This document shows, one piece after another, positions 20,069-31,372 of a stretch of 64,000 nt of DNA. The stretch lies in NCBI GenBank assembly GCA_016193335.1, contig JACPSK010000001.1, positions 422,962 through 486,961 on the forward strand, written 5' to 3'. The position numbers and the translations under genes were made by a program. How positions within the stretch are numbered: position 1 is the first letter of the stretch; each line of letters begins with the position of its first letter. The notes under the pieces are model-generated. The model was not told the DNA's origin, did no database searches, and saw nothing but the letters and a program-made list of their open reading frames with translations. This DNA comes from Candidatus Magasanikiibacteriota bacterium. GTDB taxonomy: Bacteria; Patescibacteriota; Patescibacteriia; Magasanikbacterales; UBA922.

Positions 20069-20755
20069 TTATTTCTTTGTTTCTTTATTTGCTTCTGCTT
20101 CAGCGGGGGCTCCTTCTTCTTCAGCTTTCTTTTCTTTGCCAGCCACTTCTATCTGATCAAGACTCGCCGGTTTCACTTCTTCCATAGCCTTCAGTTGCTC
20201 TTCACTGAGCGGAGCTTCCACAGCCACAACCATGGTTTCCAAATCACCCATAATAGTGATAGTGGACGGAATCCTCAAATCTTTTACTTTAATCACATCA
20301 TTAAAAGTTTTCAAAACCGATACATCAACATCTATATGACTCACCAGATCCTTGGGCAGACATTTTATATCCACATGAGTGAGATTTTCCACCAAAGTCC
20401 CTCCAAGCTCCTTTACCGCGAGCGACTCACCCAAAATTTTAAGCTCTACCGTCGCCGTCATGGCTTCTCCCATTTTAATTTGCTTAAAATCAGCATGCAA
20501 AACTTTTCCTTTGGCAGGATCATATTGCACGTCTTGGATAAGAACTTTTACCGGCTCTTTTTCTCCCTCCACCTGAAAATCGATAAGAGTAGCTTCTCCC
20601 ATCTGATCGTAGAGTTTTTCAAATACAGAAGTCTCAATGCTTATATGCGCGGAACCCTGTCTATCTCCCCCGTATACCACCGCCGGAATAAAACCACTGG
20701 CCCGCAGTTCCGTGGGCTTTACGTCTTCCCGTCTTTTTACCGTGACTAATGCCAT
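20069..20755 (-). CDS. rplY: 50S ribosomal protein L25/Ctc
   Basis: LRASGFIPAVVYG, IQDVQYDP and HADF. Confidence 0.93.
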   Translation of the reverse strand: MALVTVKRREDVKPTELRASGFIPAVVYGGDRQGSAHISIETSVFEKLYDQMGEATLIDFQVEGEKEPVKVLIQDVQYDPAKGKVLHADFKQIKMGEAMTATVELKILGESLAVKELGGTLVENLTHVDIKCLPKDLVSHIDVDVSVLKTFNDVIKVKDLRIPSTITIMGDLETMVVAVEAPLSEEQLKAMEEVKPASLDQIEVAGKEKKAEEEGAPAEAEANKETKK

Positions 20756-20761
20756 ATCTCT

Positions 20762-21115
20762 TTATTTATTGATAAAAAATTTAGCTAAGCTCTGGTTATG
20801 GATAACGTTATAAAATTCGAGTAATTCATCTTCACTGAGAGACCCCCTGCTCCGAGCTCGGAGCATATCTTGCCTGCTCAAATCAGTTATCATGCCCACC
20901 AAGCCCATCCCAACGAGCGTAGGACCGAGCCAGGCAAGCATAGAGTGTTTGCAATGAGGACACTGTATATGCAATAAGCTCACTTCATCTTGCCTATCAA
21001 TGAGAGTGATATCTTTATCGTGATACTCTTTCGCGCATACTCCGCAAGTCCGGAGAATCTTTGGCTGCTGAGCCGAAGACCCGAGGACGCCAACATTTGA
21101 TATGTCTTCTATCAT
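20762..21115 (-). CDS. small zinc-ribbon-like protein
   Basis: CGVC...CPHC pairs; 6 nt upstream of rplY. Confidence 0.7.
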   Translation of the reverse strand: MIEDISNVGVLGSSAQQPKILRTCGVCAKEYHDKDITLIDRQDEVSLLHIQCPHCKHSMLAWLGPTLVGMGLVGMITDLSRQDMLRARSRGSLSEDELLEFYNVIHNQSLAKFFINK

Positions 21116-21237
21116 ATATCTTGCAAAGAGTGAATAACACTATAGGCAATACGGCAAAAAATGTCAATAGGACAATCCTTCAATCCGATACCGAAACCTT
21201 ATATATTTTTAGTATACCTCAAACGTATAAAATAATC

Positions 21238-22344
21238 CTAAAATTGTGTGGACGAACGAAGCGCGCTTTGCGCTATACCAATCAACAAGCAGTTAATAAG
21301 TAAAGACGAACCCCCATAACTGACAAAAGGCAAGGTAACTCCTGTAACAGGCAGCATACCTATGGCAGCGCCTATATTTACCAAGAGCTGGAGCAAAAAC
21401 ATGAGAGCTATCCCCAAAACCGTGTAGGCGCCAAAATCACTCCGGCAGATCCGGGCGCTATGCACAAGACGCCAAAGAAGCACGGAATACACCAGCAAAA
21501 GAAGCAAAGCGCCCATAAAACCAAGTTCTTCTCCAATCACAGAAAAAATAAAGTCAGTCTGAGCCTCAGGCAAAAAATGCAATTGGCTTTGAGAACCAAA
21601 ACCAAGACCCCGGCCAAGCCATTTTCCAGACCCCACCGCGATAATTGATTGGCTTACATTATAGCCGGCGCCCAAAGGATCGCGTTCAGGATTCAAAAAT
21701 GTCAACAAACGTTCCTTCTGATAATCCTGGAAGAAAAAAAACCATCCCAATACCATGGCCAACACTACAAAACCGACCAAGGAAACAATATAGCGTTTCT
21801 TTGTTCTCGAAACCAAGAGCAAAGAAAACCAAATACCGGCGAGAATTGCCGCTGAACCGAGATCCGGCTGAGCAATGATAAGCCCAACCAAGAGAAAAGT
21901 CATAAAACCCGTGGCAAGGACAAACTGCCACCGGTCAAACCTCCGCCCCTGTCTTTCTATGCGCCAGCCCAAAAACAATATCAAAGCGAGTTTAGCAAAC
22001 TCAGCCGGCTGAAAGGAAAAGCCGGCGACACGAAACCAACCTGTTGTGCCGCGTATCGTCTGCCCAAAAAACAAAACAAGCACCAGGAGAAAAAACGCAG
22101 ACAGGTAAGCCAAAAGGGCTTGTGATTCAAAAAAGGAAATATGAACAAAACCAAGAACCAAAATAGCCAAAAAACCCAAAGACAGAGCCAAAAGCTGAGT
22201 CGGAAAAAAAATAAGATCCTCTCCCCGAGACAGATCCACGCTGTATATGGCGGCCATACCCACCATGCTCAGAATCAAGACAGCGGCCACCAATATCCAG
22301 TCGAAGCTTCGCAAACCCAATCCAATGTGTGTAGAGCGGGACAT
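21238..22344 (-). CDS. rodA: rod shape-determining protein RodA (SEDS)
   Basis: FQPAEFAK, QPDLGS, GYNVSQSIIAVGSG, LPEAQTDFIF and PFVSYGGSS. Confidence 0.92.
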   Translation of the reverse strand: MSRSTHIGLGLRSFDWILVAAVLILSMVGMAAIYSVDLSRGEDLIFFPTQLLALSLGFLAILVLGFVHISFFESQALLAYLSAFFLLVLVLFFGQTIRGTTGWFRVAGFSFQPAEFAKLALILFLGWRIERQGRRFDRWQFVLATGFMTFLLVGLIIAQPDLGSAAILAGIWFSLLLVSRTKKRYIVSLVGFVVLAMVLGWFFFFQDYQKERLLTFLNPERDPLGAGYNVSQSIIAVGSGKWLGRGLGFGSQSQLHFLPEAQTDFIFSVIGEELGFMGALLLLLVYSVLLWRLVHSARICRSDFGAYTVLGIALMFLLQLLVNIGAAIGMLPVTGVTLPFVSYGGSSLLINCLLIGIAQSALRSSTQF

Positions 22345-22387
22345 GAAAAAAAGACAAATGTCGTGTTGTTGTAACCGCGTCACTCCG

Positions 22388-23320
22388 CTACAAGCCGGGC
22401 GGTATGTAAACGTTTGTATCAAATATATCGAGTTCAGGCAATACTTCAAGCTCGGTTACTCGCAAAGATTCGGCCAAAGATTTAATTTCCACTTTACGCG
22501 TTTCTCCGCTTTTAAAGCGATCTATCTCCACGCGGGCAATCCCCACCGGTGTTCTGTTATCTTTATACATAACATAAAAATAGGGCTGCCAATAACCGTA
22601 CACGCTATTATTCTTGATATCGAAACTGACCGTATGGACAAAAATGCCTTCGCTCTTCCGAGCGGGAAGAAACTCAAAGCTGTTGACTTCAAAATTGACG
22701 CGTTCTTGGATGTATGCCACAGGATTTGAAACCGCATGAGGGTCTATCCTTTGCCATTTTATGTCCAAAATTTCAACTCGAAGTCCGCTCGGATAACTGG
22801 CGGCTGTTTCTCCCAAACGAGTCATCACCAGTTCGCTGAGCGGCAGTACGAGAATATTTCCAGTCCCCGTCTTCCCTCCGCTGTAAAAAAATTGATAGCT
22901 CACCAGGGCTTTCCATATTCTGTTTGGGTTGCTCACCCGAGCGGCGAAATCATATTTTCCGGGACCGTCATCAAAAACCGCCACACTCTTAATCTCCAAA
23001 TCTCTGGGCGCGCTACGAGCCAGATAGCGCTGTGTCTCGGCGTTTGGACGGGTTAAATCGTAGAGGAGCTGTTCGGTGCGAGTGTAATCGAAAAAAAAAT
23101 ATTTGCCCCATCCATATATATTAAAAGTAACCAAAAAAACGTTGAGAGTCACCAAAAACCAAACCAGGGTTTTTCCAAGCCTTGTTTGGTGTTTTAGATA
23201 CCATTCTGCCAGGGTCAAGCTTCTATTGCTAAAAGTGCCGCTCGTGTCGAGGTATTCTTTCAAATTCGGTTTTTTACGCGCCCCTTCTTCTTTTTTCTTA
23301 AACAAAAAATTCTCAAGCAT
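22388..23320 (-). CDS. hypothetical membrane-anchored beta-rich protein
   Basis: 310-aa ORF with one N-terminal TM helix. Confidence 0.7.
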   Translation of the reverse strand: MLENFLFKKKEEGARKKPNLKEYLDTSGTFSNRSLTLAEWYLKHQTRLGKTLVWFLVTLNVFLVTFNIYGWGKYFFFDYTRTEQLLYDLTRPNAETQRYLARSAPRDLEIKSVAVFDDGPGKYDFAARVSNPNRIWKALVSYQFFYSGGKTGTGNILVLPLSELVMTRLGETAASYPSGLRVEILDIKWQRIDPHAVSNPVAYIQERVNFEVNSFEFLPARKSEGIFVHTVSFDIKNNSVYGYWQPYFYVMYKDNRTPVGIARVEIDRFKSGETRKVEIKSLAESLRVTELEVLPELDIFDTNVYIPPGL

Positions 23321-23387
23321 ATGCGTACAGTATACCAGAAAGGCAAGGAAGCATTAAGACCTTGTCTCAAAACCCCAATTATGCTAA

Positions 23388-25577
<2,190 letters not shown>

Positions 25578-25656
25578 AATATTTCCATTCCATTGCATGG
25601 AAGCCTTTGCTTAACATTCAATGGAATGGAAGAGTTCGTATTGGCGAACTCTTTAA

Positions 25657-25992
25657 TCAAGGGCTTGCGGCCGCGGTCTCCTCGAGAGGGGGCCCGCAGA
25701 CCAACACCTGCGTGCCGTAGCTCATGCGGCGCGCGGAGCCCTCATCGAGACCATTGCAGGCCAAGGTGTGAGGCAAGGTAGCCCCCCGGGACCGGTACTG
25801 GTCCACTCGGGTGGCAACCCGCTCCCCGTCGGTCAGACGGACATTCTCCTCGATCACTCGCCAGGAGTTGGGGATCTCTTGGCGAGGAGCCTCAACGGGC
25901 TCTGCGATGGCCCCCCTCCAGGCGAGGACCGCCCAAACCCAAACACCTACAATACAAAGTCCGAAAACGAACCAGCCAATCAATCTCTTCAT
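25657..25992 (-). CDS. GC-rich orphan, small exported or membrane-anchored protein
   Basis: SD AGGAG/GAGG before ATG, hydrophobic N-terminus, own promoter TTGACA-17-TATGTT. Confidence 0.65.
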   Translation of the reverse strand: MKRLIGWFVFGLCIVGVWVWAVLAWRGAIAEPVEAPRQEIPNSWRVIEENVRLTDGERVATRVDQYRSRGATLPHTLACNGLDEGSARRMSYGTQVLVCGPPLEETAAASP

Positions 25993-26066
25993 GTGCCTCT
26001 CCTATGTTGCCCTCATACATTCTCGCAAGAATACATAAAGGCCACATAGGATACAAAAACAACTCA

Positions 26067-26125
26067 ACATAGCATATTTATCCACTTTTGTCAAGCTTGA
26101 CAATATCATATAATGAAGCTATAGT
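26067..26125. promoter_or_regulatory. back-to-back sigma70 promoters (orphan on -, secE on +)
   Basis: Palindrome TGTCAAGCTTGACA gives TTGACA on both strands, each 17 nt from a -10 (TATGTT and TATAGT). Confidence 0.7.
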
Positions 26126-26167
26126 GTAAGCATCAATCGGCCACAGGCCGTTTTTAAATACAAAAAT

Positions 26168-26359
26168 ATGGCTTTATTCGGCAAAATTTCTCTTTATCTT
26201 AAAGAATCGATCTTAGAGCTCAAAAAAGTGGTCTGGCCGAGCAGAACACAGACCATCAACCTTTCTATAGTGGTAATCGCCATGAGCATAGGCGTGGCTG
26301 TATTTTTTGCGGTTCTCGACAATGTATTTAATCTGGGAGTTGAATATCTGATCAAATAA
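26168..26359 (+). CDS. secE: preprotein translocase subunit SecE
   Basis: ELKKVVWPSR plus a TM helix; precedes nusG. Confidence 0.93.
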   Translation: MALFGKISLYLKESILELKKVVWPSRTQTINLSIVVIAMSIGVAVFFAVLDNVFNLGVEYLIK

Positions 26360-26410
26360 GACCAGCCTCTGGACGCTTGGCGCGGCCCGGCTTCCGAATC
26401 CTATAAAACT

Positions 26411-26956
26411 ATGGCAAAACAAAACCCAAACTTAGGCAAACGCTGGTACGTGATTCACACGTATAGCGGTTACGAAGAAAACGTAAAACAAAACCTGGAA
26501 CAGCGCATCGAATCTTTTGATATGCAGCACAAAATTTTCAGTGTTTTGGTTCCCAAAGAAAAAAAGATAAAGATAAAAAACGGGAAACGGACTTCTGTGG
26601 AAGAAAAAATATTCCCCGGCTACGTGCTGGTGGAAATGATTGTAACCGACGACTCTTGGTACGTGGTCCGAAACACTCCCAATGTAACTGGTTTCGTGGG
26701 CGCCGGCACGGTTCCAACTCCCATTGACTTAAAAGAAGTTCAATCTCTGATGGAAAGAATGACTGCGGAAGAACCCACGCACAAGATAGATGTGGAAGTG
26801 AATTCCCCTGTCCGTATCAGTGACGGCCCTTTCAAAAATTTTGAAGGCAAAGTGAGCGCTGTTGATGAAAATAGAGGCAAAATAAAAGTGATGGTAAACA
26901 TGTTCGGACGAGAAACACCGGTGGAGCTTGATGCTTTGCAAGTAAAAAAAATATAA
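26411..26956 (+). CDS. nusG: transcription termination/antitermination factor NusG
   Basis: WYVIHTYSGYE, FPGYVLVEM and KOW motif GPF..FEG..MFGRETPVEL. Confidence 0.97.
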   Translation: MAKQNPNLGKRWYVIHTYSGYEENVKQNLEQRIESFDMQHKIFSVLVPKEKKIKIKNGKRTSVEEKIFPGYVLVEMIVTDDSWYVVRNTPNVTGFVGAGTVPTPIDLKEVQSLMERMTAEEPTHKIDVEVNSPVRISDGPFKNFEGKVSAVDENRGKIKVMVNMFGRETPVELDALQVKKI

Positions 26957-27085
26957 GATGGGTTCAAACTAAATGAGGCGGATGGATCCCCTGGGGATCG
27001 CTTCTCTTCCGCTCTCAACAAAAGCTACCCTTAATTATCATAATAGTGACTATTAACACCGATCAAATATCGCTACACAAAAAAT

Positions 27086-27511
27086 ATGGCAAAAAAACTG
27101 ACAACTCAAATTAAATTGCAAATTACCGGCGGAGCGGCCAACCCGGCGCCTCCGGTAGGACCGGCTTTGGGCCAGCATGGGCTCAACATTCAAGATTTCT
27201 GCGGCAAGTTCAACAGCGCGACCGCCGACCGCAAGGGCGAGATCGTTCCCGTGGTTATCAATGTCTATGATGATAGAACTTTTGATTTCATCACCAAAGT
27301 CGCGCCGGCCAGCGAACTTATAAAACAAGCCGCTGGAATAAAAAAAGGCGCGGGGAATCCGCTCAAAGATAAAGTGGGATCGATCAACAAAAAACAATTG
27401 CGCGAAATCGCGGAGAAAAAAATGTCCGACCTCAACGCCCATGATGTGGAAGCGGCTATGAAAAGTATCGCCGGAACAGCGCGTCAGATGGGCGTAAAAG
27501 TGGAAGAATAA
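27086..27511 (+). CDS. rplK: 50S ribosomal protein L11
   Basis: [15 protein letters not shown] and GTARQMG. Confidence 0.97.
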   Translation: MAKKLTTQIKLQITGGAANPAPPVGPALGQHGLNIQDFCGKFNSATADRKGEIVPVVINVYDDRTFDFITKVAPASELIKQAAGIKKGAGNPLKDKVGSINKKQLREIAEKKMSDLNAHDVEAAMKSIAGTARQMGVKVEE

Positions 27512-27560
27512 ACAGGGCCTTGTGGGTCATGGATTCATCACCAAGCAGATCTTGCATGAG

Positions 27561-27587
27561 CAGGGCCTTAAAAAGGTCCTGTTTTTT
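27561..27587 (+). terminator. intrinsic terminator after rplK
   Basis: CAGGGCCTT-AAA-AAGGTCCTG followed by T6. Confidence 0.7.
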
Positions 27588-27678
27588 GTACAAGTCTATC
27601 CCCCGGCTTGGCTTTCCGCCTTTTGCCCTTTTTGATATAATCCAGCCGCTCTCGCACCCATATTTTAACAATTTTTAT

Positions 27679-28695
27679 ATGCTCAAAAACAAACCGATCT
27701 GCGCGATGTACAACAGCCTGACTCCGGATCTTTCGGGATATATCAAAAAAAAACTTCCCGCCGTGTCTTTCCAGGTTTTTAGCGAGGCCATAAACAAAAA
27801 AAACATTTTGAGACGAACCGAAATTTTGGGCATTTTCGTAGACTCCAAAATAGACAAAGCGGTATTTTCACAAATGCCGTCTCTGCGTTTTATCGCAACT
27901 TTTTCTACCGGTTTTGACCACATAGACCTCAAAGAAGCCCAAAAACGCGGTGTGATTGTCTCCAATGTGCCCAAGTACGGCGAACAAACCGTGGCCCAAC
28001 ATGCCCTGGCTCTCATGCTTGCACTTTCGAGAAAACTTTTTCAATCCGTAAAGAGGGTGAAAGAAGGAGTTTATGATTTCCACGGTCTGAGAGGTTTTGA
28101 CATGGAGGGAAAAACAATAGGCATTATAGGCACGGGAAATATAGGCATTCAACTCATCAAGATGCTCCGAGGGTTTGACCTGCGCGTGCTTGCTTATGAT
28201 GTAAAAAAAAACATGAAAGCCGCGAAAGAATACAAATTCGCTTATACGTCTTTTGAAAAACTCTTATCCGAATCCGACATCATCTCTTTTCATGCTCCCT
28301 TGCTTGAATCAACATATCATTTGATACACAAACAAAATATCAAAAAACTTAAAAAGGGGGTCATTATCATAAACACGGCTCGAGGCGGGCTTATAGACCC
28401 GGAAGCTCTGCTATTGGGATTGGAGCAAGGGAAAATCGCGGGAGCGGGCCTTGATGTTTTGGAAGAAGAAGACGCTTTGCGCGATGCCGAACGACTTATA
28501 TACAGCGAGCATAAAGACAGACTCATCCGCACCAGTCTTATGAACAATCTACTTATAGACCATCCGAACACTATTGTAACGCCTCACAATGCTTTCAACA
28601 GCCATGAGTCTGTGAAACGTATTCTCGATACCTCGGCAGAAAATATATGCGCCTTTATGAAAGGCAAGCCCCAGAATCAAGTTTTGGTGTCTTAG
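27679..28695 (+). CDS. D-isomer-specific 2-hydroxyacid dehydrogenase (D-lactate dehydrogenase-like)
   Basis: STGFDHID, GIIGTGNIG, INTARGGLID, GLDVLEEE and TPHNAF. Confidence 0.88.
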   Translation: MLKNKPICAMYNSLTPDLSGYIKKKLPAVSFQVFSEAINKKNILRRTEILGIFVDSKIDKAVFSQMPSLRFIATFSTGFDHIDLKEAQKRGVIVSNVPKYGEQTVAQHALALMLALSRKLFQSVKRVKEGVYDFHGLRGFDMEGKTIGIIGTGNIGIQLIKMLRGFDLRVLAYDVKKNMKAAKEYKFAYTSFEKLLSESDIISFHAPLLESTYHLIHKQNIKKLKKGVIIINTARGGLIDPEALLLGLEQGKIAGAGLDVLEEEDALRDAERLIYSEHKDRLIRTSLMNNLLIDHPNTIVTPHNAFNSHESVKRILDTSAENICAFMKGKPQNQVLVS

Positions 28696-28719
28696 GCAGT
28701 GCGCTCTCTAAAATGCGCC

Positions 28720-28748
28720 TTGACAGGGGCCGACATATCGGGTATAAA
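28720..28748 (+). promoter_or_regulatory. rplA promoter
   Basis: TTGACA-17 nt-TATAAA. Confidence 0.7.
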
Positions 28749-28765
28749 TATAGCTGTTTTATCTT

Positions 28766-28800
28766 AGTGGGACCTCGACCACTCGAGGGTTATCACCACT
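28766..28800 (+). promoter_or_regulatory. L1-binding autoregulatory RNA element
   Basis: AGTGG-GA-CCTCGA-loop-TCGAGG-GTTATCA-CCACT: two stems around an asymmetric internal loop, the GUGGGA...ACCAC form seen in L1 leaders. Confidence 0.7.
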
Positions 28801-28837
28801 CAAGGCGTCCCAAAAAAAGACGTCTGAAAATACAGAT

Positions 28838-29518
28838 ATGTCAAAACGGATGAAAGACCTAAGGACCAAGGTCGACAAAACAAAGGTCTATACGCTCGAT
28901 GAAGCCCTGCGATTGGTTAAAGAAACCAGCAATGTGAAATTCGACGCCAGTGTGGAAGTACACGTACGTCTGGGCATCAACACCAAAAAAAGCGACCAAC
29001 AAATTCGATCCACCGTAAGTCTGCCCAGTGGCAGCGGCAAAACGAAACGCGTCGCCGCCTTTGTGGGCCCAAACGACGAAAAAATGGCCAAAGAAGCCGG
29101 AGCGGATAGAGTGCTTGGAGAAGAGGATATAAAGACCCTAAAAGACGGAGCGAAAATCGATTTCGACGTAGCGGTGGCCACTCCTGAAATGATGCCAAAA
29201 CTGGCGATGGCGGCCAAAATACTCGGCCCCAAAGGTCTGATGCCGAACCCAAAAACAGAGACCGTAGGGACAGACATAAAAAAAATGGTAGAAAGCCTTA
29301 AAAAAGGGAAACTCGCTTTCAAAAATGATGAGGGCGGCAATGTGCATGTGGCTATAGGTAAAGTAAGTTTTAATGAAAACGCCCTGAAAGAAAACTACAC
29401 CGCCTTCATGGATGTATTGAAAAAAATAAAACCAAGTTCAAGCAAAGGAATCTATATCAAACAGGTGTATCTGACCACTTCAATGGGGCCGAGCATAAAA
29501 ATGGAAAAACCCGAATAA
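28838..29518 (+). CDS. rplA: 50S ribosomal protein L1
   Basis: KFDASVE, LGPKGLMPNPK and TSMGP. Confidence 0.97.
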   Translation: MSKRMKDLRTKVDKTKVYTLDEALRLVKETSNVKFDASVEVHVRLGINTKKSDQQIRSTVSLPSGSGKTKRVAAFVGPNDEKMAKEAGADRVLGEEDIKTLKDGAKIDFDVAVATPEMMPKLAMAAKILGPKGLMPNPKTETVGTDIKKMVESLKKGKLAFKNDEGGNVHVAIGKVSFNENALKENYTAFMDVLKKIKPSSSKGIYIKQVYLTTSMGPSIKMEKPE

Positions 29519-29523
29519 ACCAC

Positions 29524-29553
29524 AAAAAATCCTCTTAAATAAGAGGATTTTTT
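29524..29553 (+). terminator. terminator after rplA
   Basis: AAAAAATCCTCTTA...TAAGAGGATTTTTT. Confidence 0.75.
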
Positions 29554-29600
29554 AATTTGCCTCGCTTGTTCTTTTTTGATATACTTTTTTTATAATTTCT

Positions 29601-30068
29601 ATGGTCCAACATCGCACAAACTATATATCTTGGGATGAATGTTTCATGCGCATGGCGCATGTGATTGCCGAACGTTCCAAAGACCCATCCACTCAGGCGG
29701 GGGCCGTAGTAGCCAATCAAAGAAACGTGGTATTGGGGCTGGGATACAACGGCTTCCCGAGAGGCATACCGGAAGATCAATTTCCATGGGAACGAGAAGG
29801 AAGTCTGGTAAACACAAAATACGCCTATGTCTGTCACGCCGAAGAAAACGCGATATACAATTCAAACAATACCACGGCAGACTGTAAAATCTATTGTACC
29901 TTGTTCCCCTGCAACGAATGCGCCAAAACCATAATCCAAAACGGCATACGAGAAGTTATCTACGAAAGCGACAAATACCATGATATCGAAGCTTTTGTGG
30001 CCTCCCGCCGTTTATTCGACGCGGCCGGTATCAACTACAGACAATATCAATCCGAGTGGACACCATAA
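29601..30068 (+). CDS. dCMP deaminase
   Basis: RSKDPSTQAGA, GYNGFP, HAEENA and PCNEC zinc motifs. Confidence 0.92.
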   Translation: MVQHRTNYISWDECFMRMAHVIAERSKDPSTQAGAVVANQRNVVLGLGYNGFPRGIPEDQFPWEREGSLVNTKYAYVCHAEENAIYNSNNTTADCKIYCTLFPCNECAKTIIQNGIREVIYESDKYHDIEAFVASRRLFDAAGINYRQYQSEWTP

Positions 30069-30166
30069 ACAGGGTCAAGCTCGGCACGAAACATAATCAG
30101 TACAAACACCCGGGCATCTTTGATTAGAGCCCATCTCAAAAATCCGACACGATAAGACAAACATAC

Positions 30167-30721
30167 ATGCAAAAAATAATCATAGGCATTGCTGGTGAAA
30201 TGGCATCGGGCAAAACAACCATAACCGAGTATTTAAAAAAAAAATACAACGCGAGCACGTTTAGATTTTCAGATATTTTAAGAGACGTTCTCAAAAGAAT
30301 CTGGGTAGAACCGAACCGGAGCAATCTTCAAGATCTTTCCACCTTTTTACGCGGTCGTTTTGGAGAAGATCTCTTGTCAAAAGTGCTGGCCAAGGACGTC
30401 CGCGAATCCAAGGCAGCTTTCATTATCACCGAAGGCATCAGACGCCCGAGCGACATTGTATATTTGAAAAAAAACAAACATTTTTATCTTATAGCTCTCG
30501 AAGCCGATGAACGCACGCGCTTTGAACGCATCAGCGCGCGTTCGGAAAATCCGGACGATCAAAACAAGACATGGAAAGCTTTCAAAAAAGAGGGCGAACA
30601 AGAATCCGAACAAAAAATCAGAAGAGTTATGAAAGAAGCGGACTTCACTATAGACAACAACGGAAATCTGAAATCTTTATACGAGCAAACCAAAAAAATC
30701 GTCTCAAGCATAATGCGCTAA
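30167..30721 (+). CDS. P-loop nucleotide kinase (dNMP kinase / dephospho-CoA kinase-like)
   Basis: GIAGEMASGKTT Walker A, EGIRRPSD and ADFTIDNNG. Confidence 0.75.
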   Translation: MQKIIIGIAGEMASGKTTITEYLKKKYNASTFRFSDILRDVLKRIWVEPNRSNLQDLSTFLRGRFGEDLLSKVLAKDVRESKAAFIITEGIRRPSDIVYLKKNKHFYLIALEADERTRFERISARSENPDDQNKTWKAFKKEGEQESEQKIRRVMKEADFTIDNNGNLKSLYEQTKKIVSSIMR

Positions 30722-30750
30722 GCAAAAATCAAAAACATAATGGAAATCGT

Positions 30751-31182
30751 ATGCGAGTAAAAATTAAACGAGTCGATTCGAGTTTGCCCTTACCCGAATA
30801 TCATACCGAAGGATCGGTGGCATTTGACATCTATACCAGAGAAGAAACCACTATAGAGCCCCATTCATTTGCCGTTGTACCCGGCAACTTTATCTTAGAA
30901 ACTCCGCCCGGCCATATGCTGGTGATAGCCGCCCGATCAAGTTCAGCGAAGAAAAAGGGGCTCAGCATGAGAAACGGCATAGGAATAATAGACCAGGATT
31001 ATTGCGGCAATGAGGACGAGATACATATCATGCTCCAAAATTTAACGTCTGATCCTGTAAGCGTAAGCCGGGGAGAACGCCTGGCACAGGGCGTATTCGT
31101 GAAGATAGAAAAAGCCGATTGGCAAGAAGTGGATAGTATGGCAAAAACCAACAGAGGCGGTTTTGGAAGCACCGGTTCATAA
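30751..31182 (+). CDS. dut: dUTP diphosphatase
   Basis: GSVAFD, ARSS, GIIDQDY, GERLAQ and RGGFGSTG. Confidence 0.93.
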   Translation: MRVKIKRVDSSLPLPEYHTEGSVAFDIYTREETTIEPHSFAVVPGNFILETPPGHMLVIAARSSSAKKKGLSMRNGIGIIDQDYCGNEDEIHIMLQNLTSDPVSVSRGERLAQGVFVKIEKADWQEVDSMAKTNRGGFGSTGS

Positions 31183-31188
31183 CTTTGT

Positions 31189-31362
31189 ATGACAAAATAT
31201 ATCACAAACATTATGCGGATTTTTGCCAAGGCCTTTGATCGTTTTCAAAAAAAAGACCTGGAAATCAAACGCGAAGCTCGCGCCATTTATGAACAAGAGA
31301 TACAAAATACTGAAAAACAAAATCTCGAACATATTAGAAAAAAAATAGACTCTTTATCTTAA
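31189..31362 (+). CDS. small helical protein (57 aa)
   Basis: Manually translated MTKYITNIMRIFAKAFDRFQKKDLEIKREARAIYEQEIQNTEKQNLEHIRKKIDSLS; fills the gap between dut and the next ORF with 6- and 10-nt spacers. Confidence 0.6.
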   Translation: MTKYITNIMRIFAKAFDRFQKKDLEIKREARAIYEQEIQNTEKQNLEHIRKKIDSLS

Positions 31363-31372
31363 CCAAACATGT

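Noticed and set aside
26100-26167. tRNA-Trp or rpmG expected upstream of secE
   Set aside because: No cloverleaf, T-loop GTTCRA or L33 ORF is visible; the space holds only a promoter and a short leader.
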